A stretch of DNA of 64,000 nucleotides. Source: Raillietiella orientalis (lineage: Eukaryota). Numbering within the stretch: the stretch's first letter is position 1; every line of letters begins with the position of its first letter. The notes under the pieces were generated by a model. The model was not told where the DNA came from and did not search any database. It was given only the letters and a program-made list of their open reading frames with translations. The DNA lies in contig JAYWIR010000033.1 in NCBI GenBank assembly GCA_036172245.1, positions 1,116,001 to 1,180,000 of the forward strand. The letters run 5' to 3'. This document shows, piece after piece, positions 1 to 13,868 of this stretch. A program made the position numbers and the translations under genes.

Positions 1-165
1 ATATATATATATATATAATATGAACATATATTTATTTATTTTTATAATCGTCGCACCATATATTAATCTTTACAGAAATATATGCATGTTGAGCATATCT
101 ATTTATTTTTTATATTCTTTAATACGTACATATCAACAATATCGATCAACAGCTTATTAACCATA
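1..165. repeat. AT-rich low-complexity island with (TA)n start
   Basis: Very AT-rich with TA dinucleotide runs and ATATGCAT-type motifs; abrupt switch to GC-richer retroelement sequence at ~170. Confidence 0.8.
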
Positions 166-169
166 ATGA

Positions 170-1000
170 CAACGGGGGGGTCCTCAGTCAACAGCTGAGT
201 CCACAGACGTGAGCCCTTCGCCATGGTACGCTGAGTGACGGCATTCGTCAACTCGCGGGTCTTCCAGACACCAAAGAATTTTGTCATTCCTGCAGGAAAC
301 CCCCATCCCGCCAGTAGACAGCTGTCGTCGTTTGCCCTGCGTGCAGACAGCGCTGTGGCAGGAGGTGTGGCGTCCAGGATCCTTAACTTCTTCGGGTCCT
401 GCAGCACCTCTTTACGGCTGAGGAAGAGTCGCAGGGAAGAGACGAAGTTCGGTAGAGCGCATTCCTCGGAACATGACCCAGGACATGATCACTCCCTGCC
501 GTCGAGCAGCAGACTTCATAGGGCGACAGGAGATTTTCGGATGGGCTTCTAGACAGGAGACGAGCTGCCTCAGAGGGAAGCCAAATTCCTTACGGGCGAG
601 ATCGAAGTTTCCTTGGATGGCAGAGGAAACCACTAAACGCATACGTGGCTCATAGGTAGCTCATCAGGTGATCTCCCCAGAAGATCTATGGCAGCCACAG
701 TGACGTGCAACAGTTCCTTGTTCCTCATGAGATGGTAGTCAACAGCAACGAAGCTCTTGCAGCGGCATATGCGCCACTGAGCGAACGGCGTCACCCACCA
801 TTGCACACGAGGTGGTGAATGGTGGTGTCTTTACGTCGGAGACGGATCTGCCTAGCAGTGGTCCACCTAGGCGCTCAAAGGACATCCCCAGGAACTTTCT
901 GAGGCCTCTGTTTACATGTGAGGGGTCGCCCTCTGCTGCAGAGATGACAGCATCAGGTTTCCACTGCTGCAGCACTGAAACAAGGGTTTTGGAAGAAGGA
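170..1000 (-). mobile_element. Degenerate internal ORF2 fragment of L1/Tx1-like non-LTR retrotransposon
   Basis: Minus-strand peptides FGFPLRQL, LDATPPATALSARRANDDS and FFGVWKTRE match FGFPLRQF, LDATPLAAALPVLRARDDS and LLGVWKTRE in the 16.1-17.9 kb copy; frameshifted. Confidence 0.7.
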
Positions 1001-1783
1001 CAATGATTCCACCTGAGAACAAGGATGAATGCGGATGCAGAGGTCGCAAGCGGATGACCAGTGATGCATATAGACGCATCACATACCTTCCAGAGTTATG
1101 TGTATATGTATGCATCCTTTTTTTTGGGGTCTTGGAAGGCGTACTCAATCCCACTGCAAATCCCACTGTATCCTCGCACCTCAGGAATCCTCTCTCTTTG
1201 TACATCGGAATGCTTTCTGCCCTTTTTTCCTACCAGCACGACATGGCCAGCAATCGACTTAGATGTTTCAGCTCACTTGCCAGCTTTGACGACGTTCGCT
1301 CCGTAAGCAGCTTCCATCTTCATGCTTCAGTGACTTCCCAGACCTTTAGGAATCAGCATCTGTCAACGTTAAATGCTTGTTTGAATCCTCTGGAACTTTG
1401 TACATTGAAGTCTTCCTCCCCTTGGGGAACGAAACTGCTGCAGGACGCACACCAACATTTGCTGATTCTCAGAGAGATCGACGTTTCTGCCTTTCCATTT
1501 GCTGATTAGCTCATTTCTTTACTGAGAAAGAAAGAGAACTTGGGAAAAGTTGACTCTTCACCTTGGCAACATGCAGACTCTTCTGCTCCTCCGTGAAAAT
1601 CGCCAGTTGCGTGACGAGATGTTGCTTCTTCCACAGCGCTGAATGTTGCTGCCATTAGTCTCTGGTGGTCAGTTAGTTGCCTGCGGTTCTTCATGCTTCC
1701 TCACATCGATTGCGGCCATGAGCCGGCATCATTGGTCCAAGAAGCCGAGATTTCGTGCTTGAGACTCGTGTGTTTTCGTGCGT

Positions 1784-2225
1784 TCATATGTAGAATGTTA
1801 TGCTTCTTCCACTTTTATTCTTGTAGCTGAACCAATCCTTCTGACAAAGAGCCCACAGACCGATCATCATCCACCGTGTTTTGTCTCGAGTCTGCCCTTC
1901 AAACCTCCAGAATTTTCGATGCTTCCTTTTTCTCCCTTTGAGCTGAATCTGGAATGATCTTGTTGAGAACGCTGTGGAAACCCTGGGCTCTATGCAATGA
2001 CAGTAGGGCTCGTCATGCAAGTGGAAGATCACGCTCACCTTGCACAGGGTCAGTGAGCAAACGGAAAATCGAAGCCTCTAATGATCGTAAAAGGAACGAC
2101 TTTTGGGAAAGGATGTTTTCCTTCTCAGAATTTCCTCTTCTTTCCGGAACTTTCGTTTTGATGTCTGGGCAACCATCGGATGCTGCAAATTGTCTGTTTT
2201 CCGCGGTTGCCACAAAGGGACATGG
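1784..2225 (-). pseudogene. Possible exon pair of an unidentified host gene or pseudogene
   Basis: An acceptor-like ttctcttgcag precedes an open frame at 2225-2039. A 49-nt GTGAGC...CATAG segment (2038-1990) joins it in phase to the open frame ending at 1784. No recognisable domain. Confidence 0.2.
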
Positions 2226-2804
2226 CTGCAAGAGAAGTGAATTTCTTCCTCTATAAATCGTTCACTTGGCTAAATCACAAGTGTGTGACGTCATCCGCAT
2301 CTGAATTTTTGCTTTTTGTTTTTTCATGCCGTTTACAATTGCTTGCTTCCTCCGATTTCTCTTTCCCTCCCTTTCTTTTGTTTCTCTCAGCTCTGCTGTC
2401 TTATGAGACAGCTTGTTTGACGACACCGACTGTGCTATGTGAATGTTGAGCAGCGACAGATCCTGCTTGTAACTCAAAGGGGTGAACCCTGCGCGTTCTG
2501 AGTGGAATTTCTAAGCTGGTCTGCAGCATCTCTACCTCAGGCATCAGAAAGAGTCATCGTTGCTGCGTGAGAGGGCGGATGGATCCACCTATCCGGTGGA
2601 GTCGGCCCTTTGTTGCACAGAATGATCCCAGGCTCCTGACACCAAGTTTCAAGGCATTCGCCTGCACCAGTGACCACGTGGACTTTCGCCCTCGACGGAT
2701 TAGAGAAGGAGGTTCTCCAAAGCAGCAATGGTCACTAACGACGAAGAGAGATACGGCAGCCACCAGCAAAGGTGTCGGCTCCTTGCATCGCAGGTTCAGA
2801 TTGC

Positions 2805-3440
2805 CCTCTCGTTGGCAGCCGCGCGGTTGCGATCTTCGCGCATGGTGCCAAGAGTTGCGGGTTCGATTCCAGCCGTGGAGGATCGACGCCAGCGGAATGA
2901 ATGCGTCGTGAGTTTCAATTCTCCTCCCCGCAGGAATAAGCTGGCTGGCCTATGGACTCCTAGTGCGGCACCAGTTGAAGCCAGGTGTTCTCTCTGACTG
3001 GCCCGGATTGTGAATCGACTGTCCGAGGTCCTTCCAGGGCATTGAGGAGCCCTGGTTGATACCCACATCGGGGTCGCCTCTCCGGAGTGCCAAAAAGAGC
3101 TCTGCTCGCTTTGAGGAGCGCTCTTCAGAGAGACTGGAAAGCGTTTCTCGGGGGTTCTCTTCAGAAGTCCGGGGTTCCCTTGCGGAATCCCTCCGAGGAA
3201 GAAATTCCAGGAGTGGATTCTTCCCGGATTCCATTCGAAGTTCCCTACCAAGCACGAGAGGAGAGAACTGCTTCCTCCAGAGCCCTTTCTCAATTCATGG
3301 GGTGTTTCCCTCCCGGGTTGCTCTCTAGCTTCAAGGGCTGCATGCACCCTCAAGTGGCGTGGACGGTGCTGTGAGAGTTCGTGAGCGTCCCTCAAGCAGA
3401 CGGACGGCTCTTCAGCTTTTGGGAACCAAAAAGGAAGAAA
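2805..3440 (+). mobile_element. tRNA-headed SINE-like repeat, copy A (uninterrupted)
   Basis: B-box GGTTCGATTCC at 2860-2870. Body motifs (gcgtcgtgagtttc, tggccta, gtccttccagg, ctggttgatac, caccctc..gtggcgt) are shared with other copies; A-rich end. Confidence 0.7.
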
Positions 3441-6119
3441 CCGCTTGCTAAGGGGAGTAAGAGGAGTTGGAGGAGTGGAATCTGCTATGCGCCCGCTGTT
3501 TTGCCTTCGAGACTGTTCCTCGTGTTCGCCCGTCTGAACTTGCAGTTGGTGCCCAGAGGCATTCCTGGAGGGATCCTCGTGCCGGAGAGCATCAACTTCG
3601 AGTTCGTTCATCTCGTGCTCCACTGTGCGTCGGAAGCCTCTTAGCTCACCGGAAAGCAGCCACCTTCCGGGCAGATCCTTTCTCGTGTCCCGCGCCGAAC
3701 TTGCACGGATGTACCGGTGTCCTGCTGAACGTTCGGGGACTCTTCTGGAGGAGGGTTTCGGCCTGGACGCAGCGACGCGTCGAAAACCTGGAAGCTGAAC
3801 ACGTTATTCAATGAATGCATTCCTCTCCTTTGTATGGACCGCTCTCCTCCAGGCCGGCTTTCCATTTCCATGACTACCTCGAGTCAGGAGTCGCAGTGCA
3901 GGGAGTCTCCAGTTTTTGTGCTCCCCGTGCAGAAGACCCTCAGAAGAAACGGAGATTGACTTGCTCTCCGTGGCTCGATCGCTTCCAGATTTCGGAGTGG
4001 TCCTCCCTGGTCCATTGTTCTCGAGGTTCGCTTCACGCTTCCATGGATGAATCTGAGGAAGATTCCGCAATTTCTCCGAAGCGCAGCTACTTCCCTACTT
4101 CGTGCAGGCGTGCCAGTCAACTGCCCACCAATTCAGAGCTCCCCTTTCGCACATCTCCGATTGAATGCAGGGGGAGCTGGAAACAGCACACTCCCATTCC
4201 TAAGCGAAAGATCGATCGCAACGTTCCACTCTGGAGGGCTTCTTCCATGGGAGGACGGCCTGCCCGTTCCCGCAAATGAGGTTTCTCTGGTGATGGCTGC
4301 CCTTTCGAGCAAAAGCGAATTCTGTTGTCCATGAGCCCACTTTCAGTTCCTCTTGCTTCGTTTGCCGAGAAGCACCGAAAGATACTCGCCTTTTGTCACA
4401 TTGGAGCAGAATATCCGTCCTTTTTTTTTTTTTGTTGATCTGTTTGCTTGCTCCTAACATCTCTAAGTTTGTCTGAACAGAGGCCACGTCCGCAGAGTCC
4501 TGTCTCACTGGCCTACGTCAGGAACCTCCCGGAAAGAATCAACTTTACGATTGTCGCTCCGAACATCCTTGCAGGTTGCGTATCTCTGATTGGTCGGTCT
4601 GGCGGGATTGCAGCCTCGCATGCGGAGGACGACTACGCAACTTTGGCGAGGATGGCCACGTCTCGTCTCAACAGAGGCTGACCGACGACTCATTTTGGTT
4701 CACTTGAAGTTCTGTTAGAACTGTGGTGATTCCAGGATCCACTTGTTCCCGACCGCGCTTCTGACTGGCTGCTCGAGATGCTGTGGATCCTGGGCGGCTT
4801 TCCATCGTCCGCGGTTGCCGACATCTAATCCTTCTCTCGAAACGCAAGGTCAGGAAGTCCTTCCCCGTTCTCCAGAGGAAACTTTCCGAGACCGATCAGG
4901 ACCTCTGGCGTTTCAATCGGAACGCCACTGAAGCATGAATTCCCACTTCACCGAACCCTCCGCCTTCTAACTTTCAGCTTGTTCTCTTGCCTTCATCCCC
5001 ATCCTCATTTTCAATTCCAGGCTTCATTCTCAAACAACCAATCGAAACCGCAGTCATTTCCACACAGTTAGAAGAATCCCACAAGGTCCAAGAATGCAAT
5101 GGCTCTCCATCTGCGGAGGCTGGTACGTTTGACGTACACAAACATTAGCACGGGGTACATTATGCAATCGTGGAAGGAGCTTCTGTTGAGAGCGCAATCG
5201 GTCCGGGGAAGGAGGTCTGGAGTGCTAAAAGGAAGGGGCATTGAATAAACGAAAATACATTATCAGGGAAAGGCCTCAGAGTTACCAGGCTTCAGATCTG
5301 CCGACCCTAAGTCCTAGCTCGAAATGGAAGATGCGCTTCCTCGCTGCTGGAGTCCTGTGAGACCAGCTAGCCGCTTCCCGTAGCGTGAAGTTGGCTGCGA
5401 CCTCTTGCTGCCACGAGTGCAGAACAACATGATGCCTGCTTACGTGGACGGAAAAAGTCCACCATGAACGGGCAGACCACCACACGGGTTCCCTGAGGGT
5501 GCCGTTTGAGTGCCACTATCTTCAGAGCCAAACGATAGATACAGCAGCAAGGCTGGATGCTGGATGAGTTGGCTTGAACGAATGCCTTGGAAAACCTCAC
5601 CCGAAGAAATGAAACCAAAGCCAAATATGCAGATCAGCCAAAATGGCCCGTCAACTACCTATTCCTGAGAGAGTGCACGCCGCTTTAGATCCGGACCAGA
5701 AATTGGAGTTGAGGTGGTGTCTGAGGAACACATCTGTGCAGTTTCCTGAGCTTCAAACCTCCTCATTCAACATGCCAAGCCATTGATTCACAACGAATGT
5801 GTTGACGAAGTTTGGGAATACACGAGAAGAAATAGGGAAGGGGGGGGGAGGGTATCTACAATAAGAAAGGGCTAGATGTGTTCTGGCTCCAAATGGAAAG
5901 GTGCAGACCTCACACTGGGATGGAACCAGACAGGGAATGGAGGTTTACGGGCAAGGTGAGTGAATAAAGACATCAGTAGGAGTGAGGTGGACCGAGCGTT
6001 CATAGCCATGCTCCATGGTTCCCGAGGGTTCATGTCAGGAAGGAATAGGAAGAAAGAAACACAGGAGAATGGGATGCTGTCGTTGATTTAGAGCTAGTCT
6101 GACCACAGTAGCTCCGCGG

Positions 6120-6522
6120 TTTCCTTCCATCTCCCATCTCCCGTTTGGGTCGTTTCATCGCATCTCCACAAAGGAACGGTTCCCTTTCAAGTCGAATAGC
6201 GGCGGCCGCGTCCTGGCGACTTCGAGGAGAGCGTCCTGAACAGGCTTCGAAAAGCTCGCTCAGTGTCTCCGGGATGCACGTCCTCATCTTCCCAAAACCT
6301 CTGGAGCACTCCGAAAGCGAATGCAGTTGGCGCATTCGCTGGATACTCTCCCTGTCGATGTGTGGCGTCGTTCTTGGTTTTCAGAAGGAAAGCAAGAGCA
6401 GCAGCAAAGTGGTGCTGTCTGTGGCAACAGGGAGGGAACGGAGGCGTCGCGCAGCGAGCGCGGGATCTCGAAGATTCCTCTGGGAATCGGAAGAAACTCA
6501 ACCCACCTTTGCGAGGTAAGCA
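6120..6522 (+). repeat. Dispersed ~400 bp duplication, copy 1
   Basis: Near-identical to 49889-50291 in the same orientation; the ORF-track peptides are almost identical. Confidence 0.95.
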
Positions 6523-7550
6523 AGGTCTTTGGATCTGAGCTTCGTCGACACCTGAAAGCAGGAGAGCAAGAAGCCCATTCATGGTTCTCTGGCCAGCATC
6601 ACCGTTGCACGAATCGCATGGACAGCATGGATCTCGCCAGCATCCAGGTGGACGAAACATCCAATCAGACTGCCTCCAATGCACGTAGAATGGTTGGGCA
6701 GTTGCATAACTAGCAAGTCCAATTATGAGGTGTACTTCAGTAGAGGTGCAGGATGAACCTCAGGAACCGTGCTGAGACTAGGATTATGAAAAAAAAAAAA
6801 AAAAAACTGTTTACTCTCGATTCTTTCCAAGCTTCGACAAAAGTCTTTCTTCCTACACTTTCAACACTGAAGCTGAAAATGTGCAAACCGAATGTATCTT
6901 CGTTCTGTGTGCTTTCGTGCCTGCAGGAGTTTGCCGGATTATGAAAAGGGTGTGCAAGAGGTAGCAACCTGAAGAATGCTGCGAGTTGGGACGAAGAGAA
7001 CCGACTCTGTTCCTCATCGCAACGTGCGTGGTGGGTCTTTTGCAGTCCCGTAATAGAAGCACTTGTGATTCCATTGAGTTCCCGATCTCATTTGAGATGA
7101 GTAGATTTCAGTAGAAACGAGAAAAGCGCATAACGTTTTCTAACTCTTTCCAGATTGTCGTACATTTTTATAGAAGGCTCAAGTTGTATCCTGACTTGGG
7201 AACAGTTGCGTAGGATGCTTCCTGGTCTACTTCCAAGAGATCCCAGTATTAAAATGCAAAAAATTCCTCCTCTAAGAAACCATTTTCTAGAAATCGCTTT
7301 GACGTTTTTTCCTATGGAAGCACATCGATTCTCACAAACGAGAGGACCAGCATTCAAAGAGATTGTTTCGATTCTCCTTACAAAGAACAAACTGTTTTCG
7401 CTAATGCAGCTCAGTAAAAGCTTGAGGATTCCTCCTCCCCACCCCTTTTTCCAGTTTTATCTAATTTCTGCTTTTGCACAAAAATCTGACCTCCTTCCGT
7501 TTTATCTTACCAACTTTGTTTCTTCTAGTGTGCCAGGAAGAATAAAATCA

Positions 7551-7605
7551 GATATGACGTCACTGAAGACTCCCTGAAGCATGGAGTCTTCAGTGACGTC
7601 ATATC
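7551..7605. repeat. Perfect 23-bp inverted repeat with 9-nt loop
   Basis: GATATGACGTCACTGAAGACTCC (7551-7573) is the exact reverse complement of 7583-7605. Confidence 0.95.
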
Positions 7606-10600
7606 CTCCTCGTATTCTTTGAAGCACAATCGTTAATCTCAGATTAGTCATGGCACCTCTGTATTTGAGCTCTGAGTTACGTGTTCTCAATCTTAAGAGT
7701 TCGCGGTGGTCCAGGCAAGTGCAGCTGGTAGATGCATCCGGAAAGGTTTCCTAAAAGAATTTAAGATGAAAAAAAGGCCTTCTTCTTTTGCTTCATGCTA
7801 TACAGATTCAAGAAAAATCGCGAGTTTGTGCATTTCTTCTGTCTTGAGAACAGTGATTTTACCTTCCGTTTTCTTGAGATGGGGTTTTAGAAGATTTCAT
7901 CCCACGAGCAAATTGATTCACCCTTGCTTCCAGAGCTTCAGAAAGCCGCGTGAGCAACTGTGCATAATTTCATCAGTAGGAATCTCAGCCTCCTTGTTTC
8001 CATTCCCACTTTCTCCAGAAATTTCGTTTGTTCCTTCCATGTAATTCCAGGGTTCGCTGCGGCCTTTGTCTTGGAGAAATCGGCCGTCCGAGAATTGCAA
8101 GATTTGTAGCTTGATGGGTCAACTAGTAGATCACATTTGAACTTGTTCCCGCTACCTCCATACTCATCACCTACCCCAACCTACTAATATGAATCGACAT
8201 TGCTGGAACAACCAAAATGTTTGCTTCTAATTGAAAAAGAAATGAACTCAGGAAATGATCCGTAAATTTCAGGGAGCTAAAATTGCCATGCGACGCTTCT
8301 AAAAGCTTCCCATGACCTCAGAAAGTCCCGCCACACAACAGGCAAGTCACTCTGTTCTCATAGCATCTACCTTTGGTGCATCTACATCGTGTGATGCTGG
8401 GATGGTTGCAAGGGTTCGGAGGCAGATTGCACTCATATAAAAGTGCTCTGCCAAGTGATGTCACTGCTCCGTTCGTTGTCACGAGTTCGCTTCTTGGCCG
8501 AGTTTTGTGTCGGAAATGCTGCAGCCGAACAGTCAGCAGTGATCAGAGGAAAACGATGAATCCATGGGAATCGATTTCATCATTTGAAATAGCAGCAGTG
8601 ACTGAGACGAAGGAGATGCCACCCATGTATGTGTGCAGGATTTTGCGCCTCGGCATGCTTCCTGTCTCTGATCTTTGCTGCACAAGAACTGAACCCTCTA
8701 ATTTGCACCAGGCGAAGTTTCTGCTTCTGCCCAAAGGCGTAGCTTCCTTGCTGCTTCTCAAATGCTGCAGCCTTTTCCGGAGCTGCTGCAAGAGTTAGTT
8801 GATGCAGACGGGAGAGCCAATCGAATGCTCACGAAGCTCTGACATGTGCTATCTAAACGGAAACAACGTGTTTGCCCTTGTGGTCGATGCGCTTTTCGCA
8901 CCTTTAATGAAGGCCCGGCGGTTTAGAAGCTGACCCAAGCATCTTCACGGCCATCGCATCCGTCTCCAGATTTAAGATCAAGGAACACCAGAAAAGGAAT
9001 GGCGAGAGGGTCGCTCCAAGGCAAAACCCTCGTGATTTCACTTCCCATCTCTCCATTTGAATTCTTTTTGAATCTGTGACGTGGTCCTTTAAAATGTCAA
9101 TGAAACTCAAACGGATGTGTGTATCTTAGCAAGGGATGTTTTTTTTTTTCTTTTTTGCTGAAAGACACAACAACCTGAAGACGAAGACGAACGCGACGAA
9201 CGAGCCCAAATGCTTCTCTGGAGAATTGGGTGTTGGTAGCCTCAGAAGAACCAGGACAAAATGAGAGCAGGTGTTGAGGACTGGAATTTCGTATCCTTCT
9301 ATCCTTGGAATTCTGGGATTCGGGAAAACGACGTGAAGATTTCGAACAGACAGGTGGAGCTCACCAAAAGGAAACCGCCGTGCTCAAGCACTCGGCGTTT
9401 CCGTAACATAAATCAGGAGAACCACAGGGTCACTGGCCATGCCAAAGGCACCATCAAAAATGAAGGCTTCGCCATGAAGAAGGGCTGCGGAAAACAGCCG
9501 GACCAGGAAGATGGTCGCTGTTCATTCCTGTACGCTCCTTCTTTTTAAGACGAGGCTGAAAACAACGGAATAGAAATAAATACACCGAGCTGCAATGAAT
9601 TCGTGCGCCCAACAGTAGTAAGATGTTCATCCGCGGAGTCATGGAAACGGCTGTGGAATTCCGACGTCTTCAAGGGCTCAGCTTGTATCACTTCCTCCAT
9701 TAACACGTGACCGGGGGCGGACCATTTCGGAAAGCATTCGCTCATCTCCGTAGACGGGAAGGACTGATCGCATAAACGAAAAACGGAAAAGATGCAATTC
9801 CCCGGAAACAGAAGGGCATTTGAGGTCAGAGCGCCTTCCTCATGTGTTCCGAGGAAGGAGAATGAATTTTCCTTGCGGAAAGATAAATCCCTGGCAACGA
9901 GAGGATGATTATTAGTGTAAAGGGACCAAGAGTCTTCCCGGATCGTTCGTTCAAGAGATCGCAGTGGACGGAAACACACGAAATTTACTGGTATACCGGA
10001 AGCAACTTGGATTACATGCATCATTCCGAAAACTTTCCCAGAAGTGGAGTTTATTCCTCGTGAGGAGACAGGCAGTGGACAAGACATCAAGAGTTACAGC
10101 GAGGAAGAGTCCAGTAGCAACAACATCATGATAAGTGAGATTCGGAGATGGTGGAGGGTTTGTTTGCAGACACAAATCCCCTAGTTTCTTTGGAAATAAT
10201 TTCCAATTTCCTGCCAATTTCTTGGCTGGGTTGTCTGCAAGAGCTCAGGGAAAAGGCGGAGGAGCGAAGCAGTCTCTGAAAGTTTCGTCCATCCCGGACC
10301 ATTAGCAGCCTGTCAGCCCTTCAGTAACGTCACAGTGAGATGACGAGATTTCGCCTTCAGTTGCAGGAAGGGAGGAAAAATCGAGATTTTTTCGTCTGCA
10401 GGCAGGAAGAGGCCGATTTCAGGGAGTCTCTCAACAGCAGAAAAGCATTGAGCAGGAAAAGCGCCTTTGACTCTGTCAAGCAAGAAACTTTGTAAGAGAA
10501 ATGAGAAAAGATGGAAAGTATGTCTGCTCCTACGCTGGATGTGGAGTGAAGAGGAAACGGTTCCAAGGATGAGTCGAGCAATGGATTGTACGTTGCAGTG

Positions 10601-11379
10601 AGTTGCAGGGATGGGAGGATTTCATTGTGGGGGTGGAAACGCTGTTTCACAAGACAGAAATATCAGGCGCCACACCCGTTTCAGGCGGCTCCCTCAAGAA
10701 AGAAGGCCCCATCTTGCCTTGCATTTCATTATCGGAAGATTGTGGCAGCCTCCTAAACAAATTCCAGAAACACGCAGTAAGTTCTGCACGTTTCGACATC
10801 GCCGCTTGATGGATCTGTCGGGACGAAAATCAGAAGATCACAAAACAGACTGAAGATCTCGAACCATTCCACCCTGGAAGGCCACCTTCCTCTAAAGGGC
10901 GCCACAGTTATGCTAACTAAACACTATCGCGAATCACTCGAAGCGCTCAGCTGTCAAGGAAACAGGAATGCATACATTTTCTCCTCCTCGGGCTCTCCTT
11001 CACGCTTCTGTTGCAAAATATCACGTGCTTAACTGGCGCGTGCACGTGCAGCCGAATCGCATCGACACCTCCGCTTCCTCATTATGAAGCTGAAATCCCT
11101 AATGATCCTTAATCTGCAGGAGATCGATAACCAGATGAGCTGGGCTGAGCCCTGTGAGCCTTGCTCCTTCCCAGAGAGCATCCTACTCTGGACCATCCAG
11201 CATCGAAGCCCGCTCGAATCAAACGCATGGGATTTTTTTTTGCACGGTGCATGCAGCACCAGCGGGAAGTGAGGTGTCAATGGCGCGCACCCGAAGTCCT
11301 CACCCCATGAGAAAAAGAGAAATTTCAACAGGCCTGTCCACACTTGAGCACTGCCAATGCAGACCTTGGTCACATGACC

Positions 11380-12651
11380 CCTGTTGGCGGCCTTGAGGCT
11401 GCGGTCTACGCGCGTCGTCGAATCCCTGCGTGGAGGACCAGCGCCGAGATAACAGTGGACACACACCCGAGAAATGGGAGGGGTGTGTGTGTCGTAAGTT
11501 TCGAGTCCTTCCTCCCAGGGTGACGCTGGTTTGACACTTCGTCTTGCCGGGGCGTTTATTTATGTAAAAAGAGAAACACAATGGTCAGTGCCAGGACGCT
11601 CGGTCTTCCCACTTTACAAATGTAACCATGGAAACCAGCCGAGGACTGGCACGCAGGCCGACGAGGTTTGCAGAAAGGGAGGGGAAACAACAGAAAAGAA
11701 AACTGAAACAGAAAAAAAATACACGAAAAAACTGGGAGGGTTCGAGAAGGAGTCACTGGATGCTGGAGGGCGTCCTCTACATCCTTTGCAGATCGGCAAG
11801 TTTCTGTTTTAAGGTTTCCGGATGGGTCCATCTTGACGCAATCCTCATGAGGAGGACGGCAAAATAGATGGCATTCCTATCGTCCCAGACTCCTCTGGCG
11901 TTGCCCCATGCAGCCACGGTCCCGCCGTGTAGGCAGCAAAGTGCTGCTAGGGATGCGGCCGGCGTGATGGGGTCGCGCTGGAAGAGGCCCTTCATAACGT
12001 CTCTGGGGCTGCCCTCGGTGACACTCAGGGACTCTGCAAAACGTTCCCACAGGGGCGGAGGGCAAGCAGGATGACACCAGTCGGTCCACGTGCTTCGGGT
12101 GCGTCACTGCTGAATGTTTCCGTTGACCGACCAGGATTGGAAGTTGACCCTTTGGGATACTTCCAGGCATCATCCCCTTCGGTTGTGAAAATGGAGACGT
12201 CTATCGAGTACCATGGAGCTGGTTGATACGCAGACCCTTCGTAAATCGCTTCTCCAGAGTGCGAGATGAGCTCTGCTCCCCTCGGGGAGCGTCTATCAGA
12301 GAAATCTGGAAGCGTCTTTGCGGGGTTCTCGTCAGAGGAGGAAACCAGGAGCAGTTCCTTTGCAGGTTCACTTCGGAGAAGAAATTCAGGAGCAGATGCT
12401 TTCTGGGTTCCCTTCGGATGAAGAAATGGCGAGCTTCCCGGAGTCCAGGATCCAAGAAATATGAATCTAGGAAAGGTTCCACCGGAGCCTTTCCTGGATT
12501 CGTAGACTAGTTTCCTCCAGGAGTGCTCCCTAACTCGAATAGTCAGCACACACCCTCGGGCAACGTGGAGCTATGTGAAAGGACTTCGTGGGCCCCTAGG
12601 CGAACTTGTTCTTCAATACTTAGAGACCCTTCCCCCTCAAAAAAAAAAAAA
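11380..12651 (+). mobile_element. SINE-like repeat, copy B, split by a Tx1-like insertion
   Basis: Decayed head at ~11380-11530. The body resumes at 12067 (caggatgacacc...cttccaggcatc...cggttgtgaaaatgg...ccatggagctggttgata); poly(A) at 12639-12651. Confidence 0.7.
11531..12066 (-). mobile_element. 5'-truncated Tx1-like element (ORF2 C-terminus, 3' UTR, terminal motif)
   Basis: Peptide NAIYFAVLLMRIASRWTHPETLKQKLADLQRM; terminal AATAAACGCCCCGG...GTG motif at 11560-11535. Confidence 0.8.
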
Positions 12652-12699
12652 GGGAACACCAACTGAGTACAACTTCCGGTCTCATCGTTTCTGATTTCG

Positions 12700-13868
12700 A
12701 TCCGAGTTGCCATGGACTTCCGTATTTCGGCGGGAAAAAATCAGAAGTACCGAAACTTTTGATCTCGAGGATCCATGGGCGACTTCTGCGACGACAGCAA
12801 GAGGAAACCTCGGGCGCTACCTCAATCAGAAAGCATCCAGTCCGCTCTGTGCCGAGTGCGGCCACTTGCATGCCGGGATTCATCTCCTGCTATCTCTCTG
12901 CCACTTCACGCACGCCGCTGCTCGACTGAGCCTCTTGCTCGAGAGGGAGGAGCCAACAAGGAGCGAGTGTGCAGGAAGGATCCACGATGGACCTCTGCAT
13001 GCGGCACTCCAAATTCGTGGCGGCGAAGAGGCGTGACCATTCGATCAAGCCGACCAAGGTGAAGGACGGATGGAAAATGAGAGTTCGTGGCTTCGAACCA
13101 GTCCTACCCAGAAGGCAGCTTAAGACCCCTTACAGTGGTCATGTCCAACGTCGGCCATTCGGCGGCGGAGGCCCCTCCAAAGTGCTGGACGACACCTGTA
13201 CCCAGGCAAAGGACCGAAATTTTGAGCTCGCCTCCTGAAGAACTGTTCGTCCCTCCCATGTGCCTGCGATTCTCTCAGGTGGCGACAAGGCATGGGGGCT
13301 CCTCTTCCACTGGGATCTCCCTCGCACCCAGGGGAGCGCCTCTCCGGAGCATGGCGGGTGTGGGATGATGAGACCGCTCCCGCACCTGTCTAAGAACTGC
13401 GGTACCCTCCATTGGTTGCGGGAGAGGCCACAGAATTCCTCAAGATACGCCGCCGTCCTTCTTTCGGCATCGCCGCCGTGGCTGCGATGCAATGCCGCAT
13501 CCGTGGCAACCTGAAAGCCCTCTTCTCGAGCTGGAGCTGGAAGCCATCTGCCAACGCTGTCCCTTCCGTGAAGGAGGCTCGCACGTGGTCCCACTTGAAA
13601 GAGGAAGTTTTCAAGGAGGTCGTCAACCCCTCAACTCTGCCTCCACCCTCTGTCCTTCTCTGTTCTGTCCATCCTCCCTCCCTACCACTGCTAGGAACAA
13701 GTCCGAACGAAGTCAAGCGAGTCGGCGAACCTCCGGACTGAACTCGGTACTTTTTTCATGTCTGTGTTTTTTCCCTCCTTTCCTTGTTGATTCCCGAGGA
13801 AGAACGAAGTTTTTTGTTTTTCAGTACTTTTTATGAGGATTCGTCCCGGGGAGCGGCCGGGTGAGAAG
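12700..13868 (+). mobile_element. One or two decayed L1/Tx1-like ORF2 3' fragments
   Basis: Zinc-finger-like CAECGHLHAGIHLL (ORF 12707-13036) and LLFHWDLP...GGCG...PHLSKNC (ORF 13260-13514); CCCGG...CCGGGTG end motif at ~13845-13863. Confidence 0.55.

Noticed and set aside
2805..2880. Functional tRNA genes at the B-box sites (also 27413, 35192, 43285, 49496)
   Set aside because: I could not form a full cloverleaf, and each site continues into the same SINE-like body.
2796..3623. 275-aa minus-strand ORF
   Set aside because: Antisense across SINE-like copy A and not conserved in the other copies.
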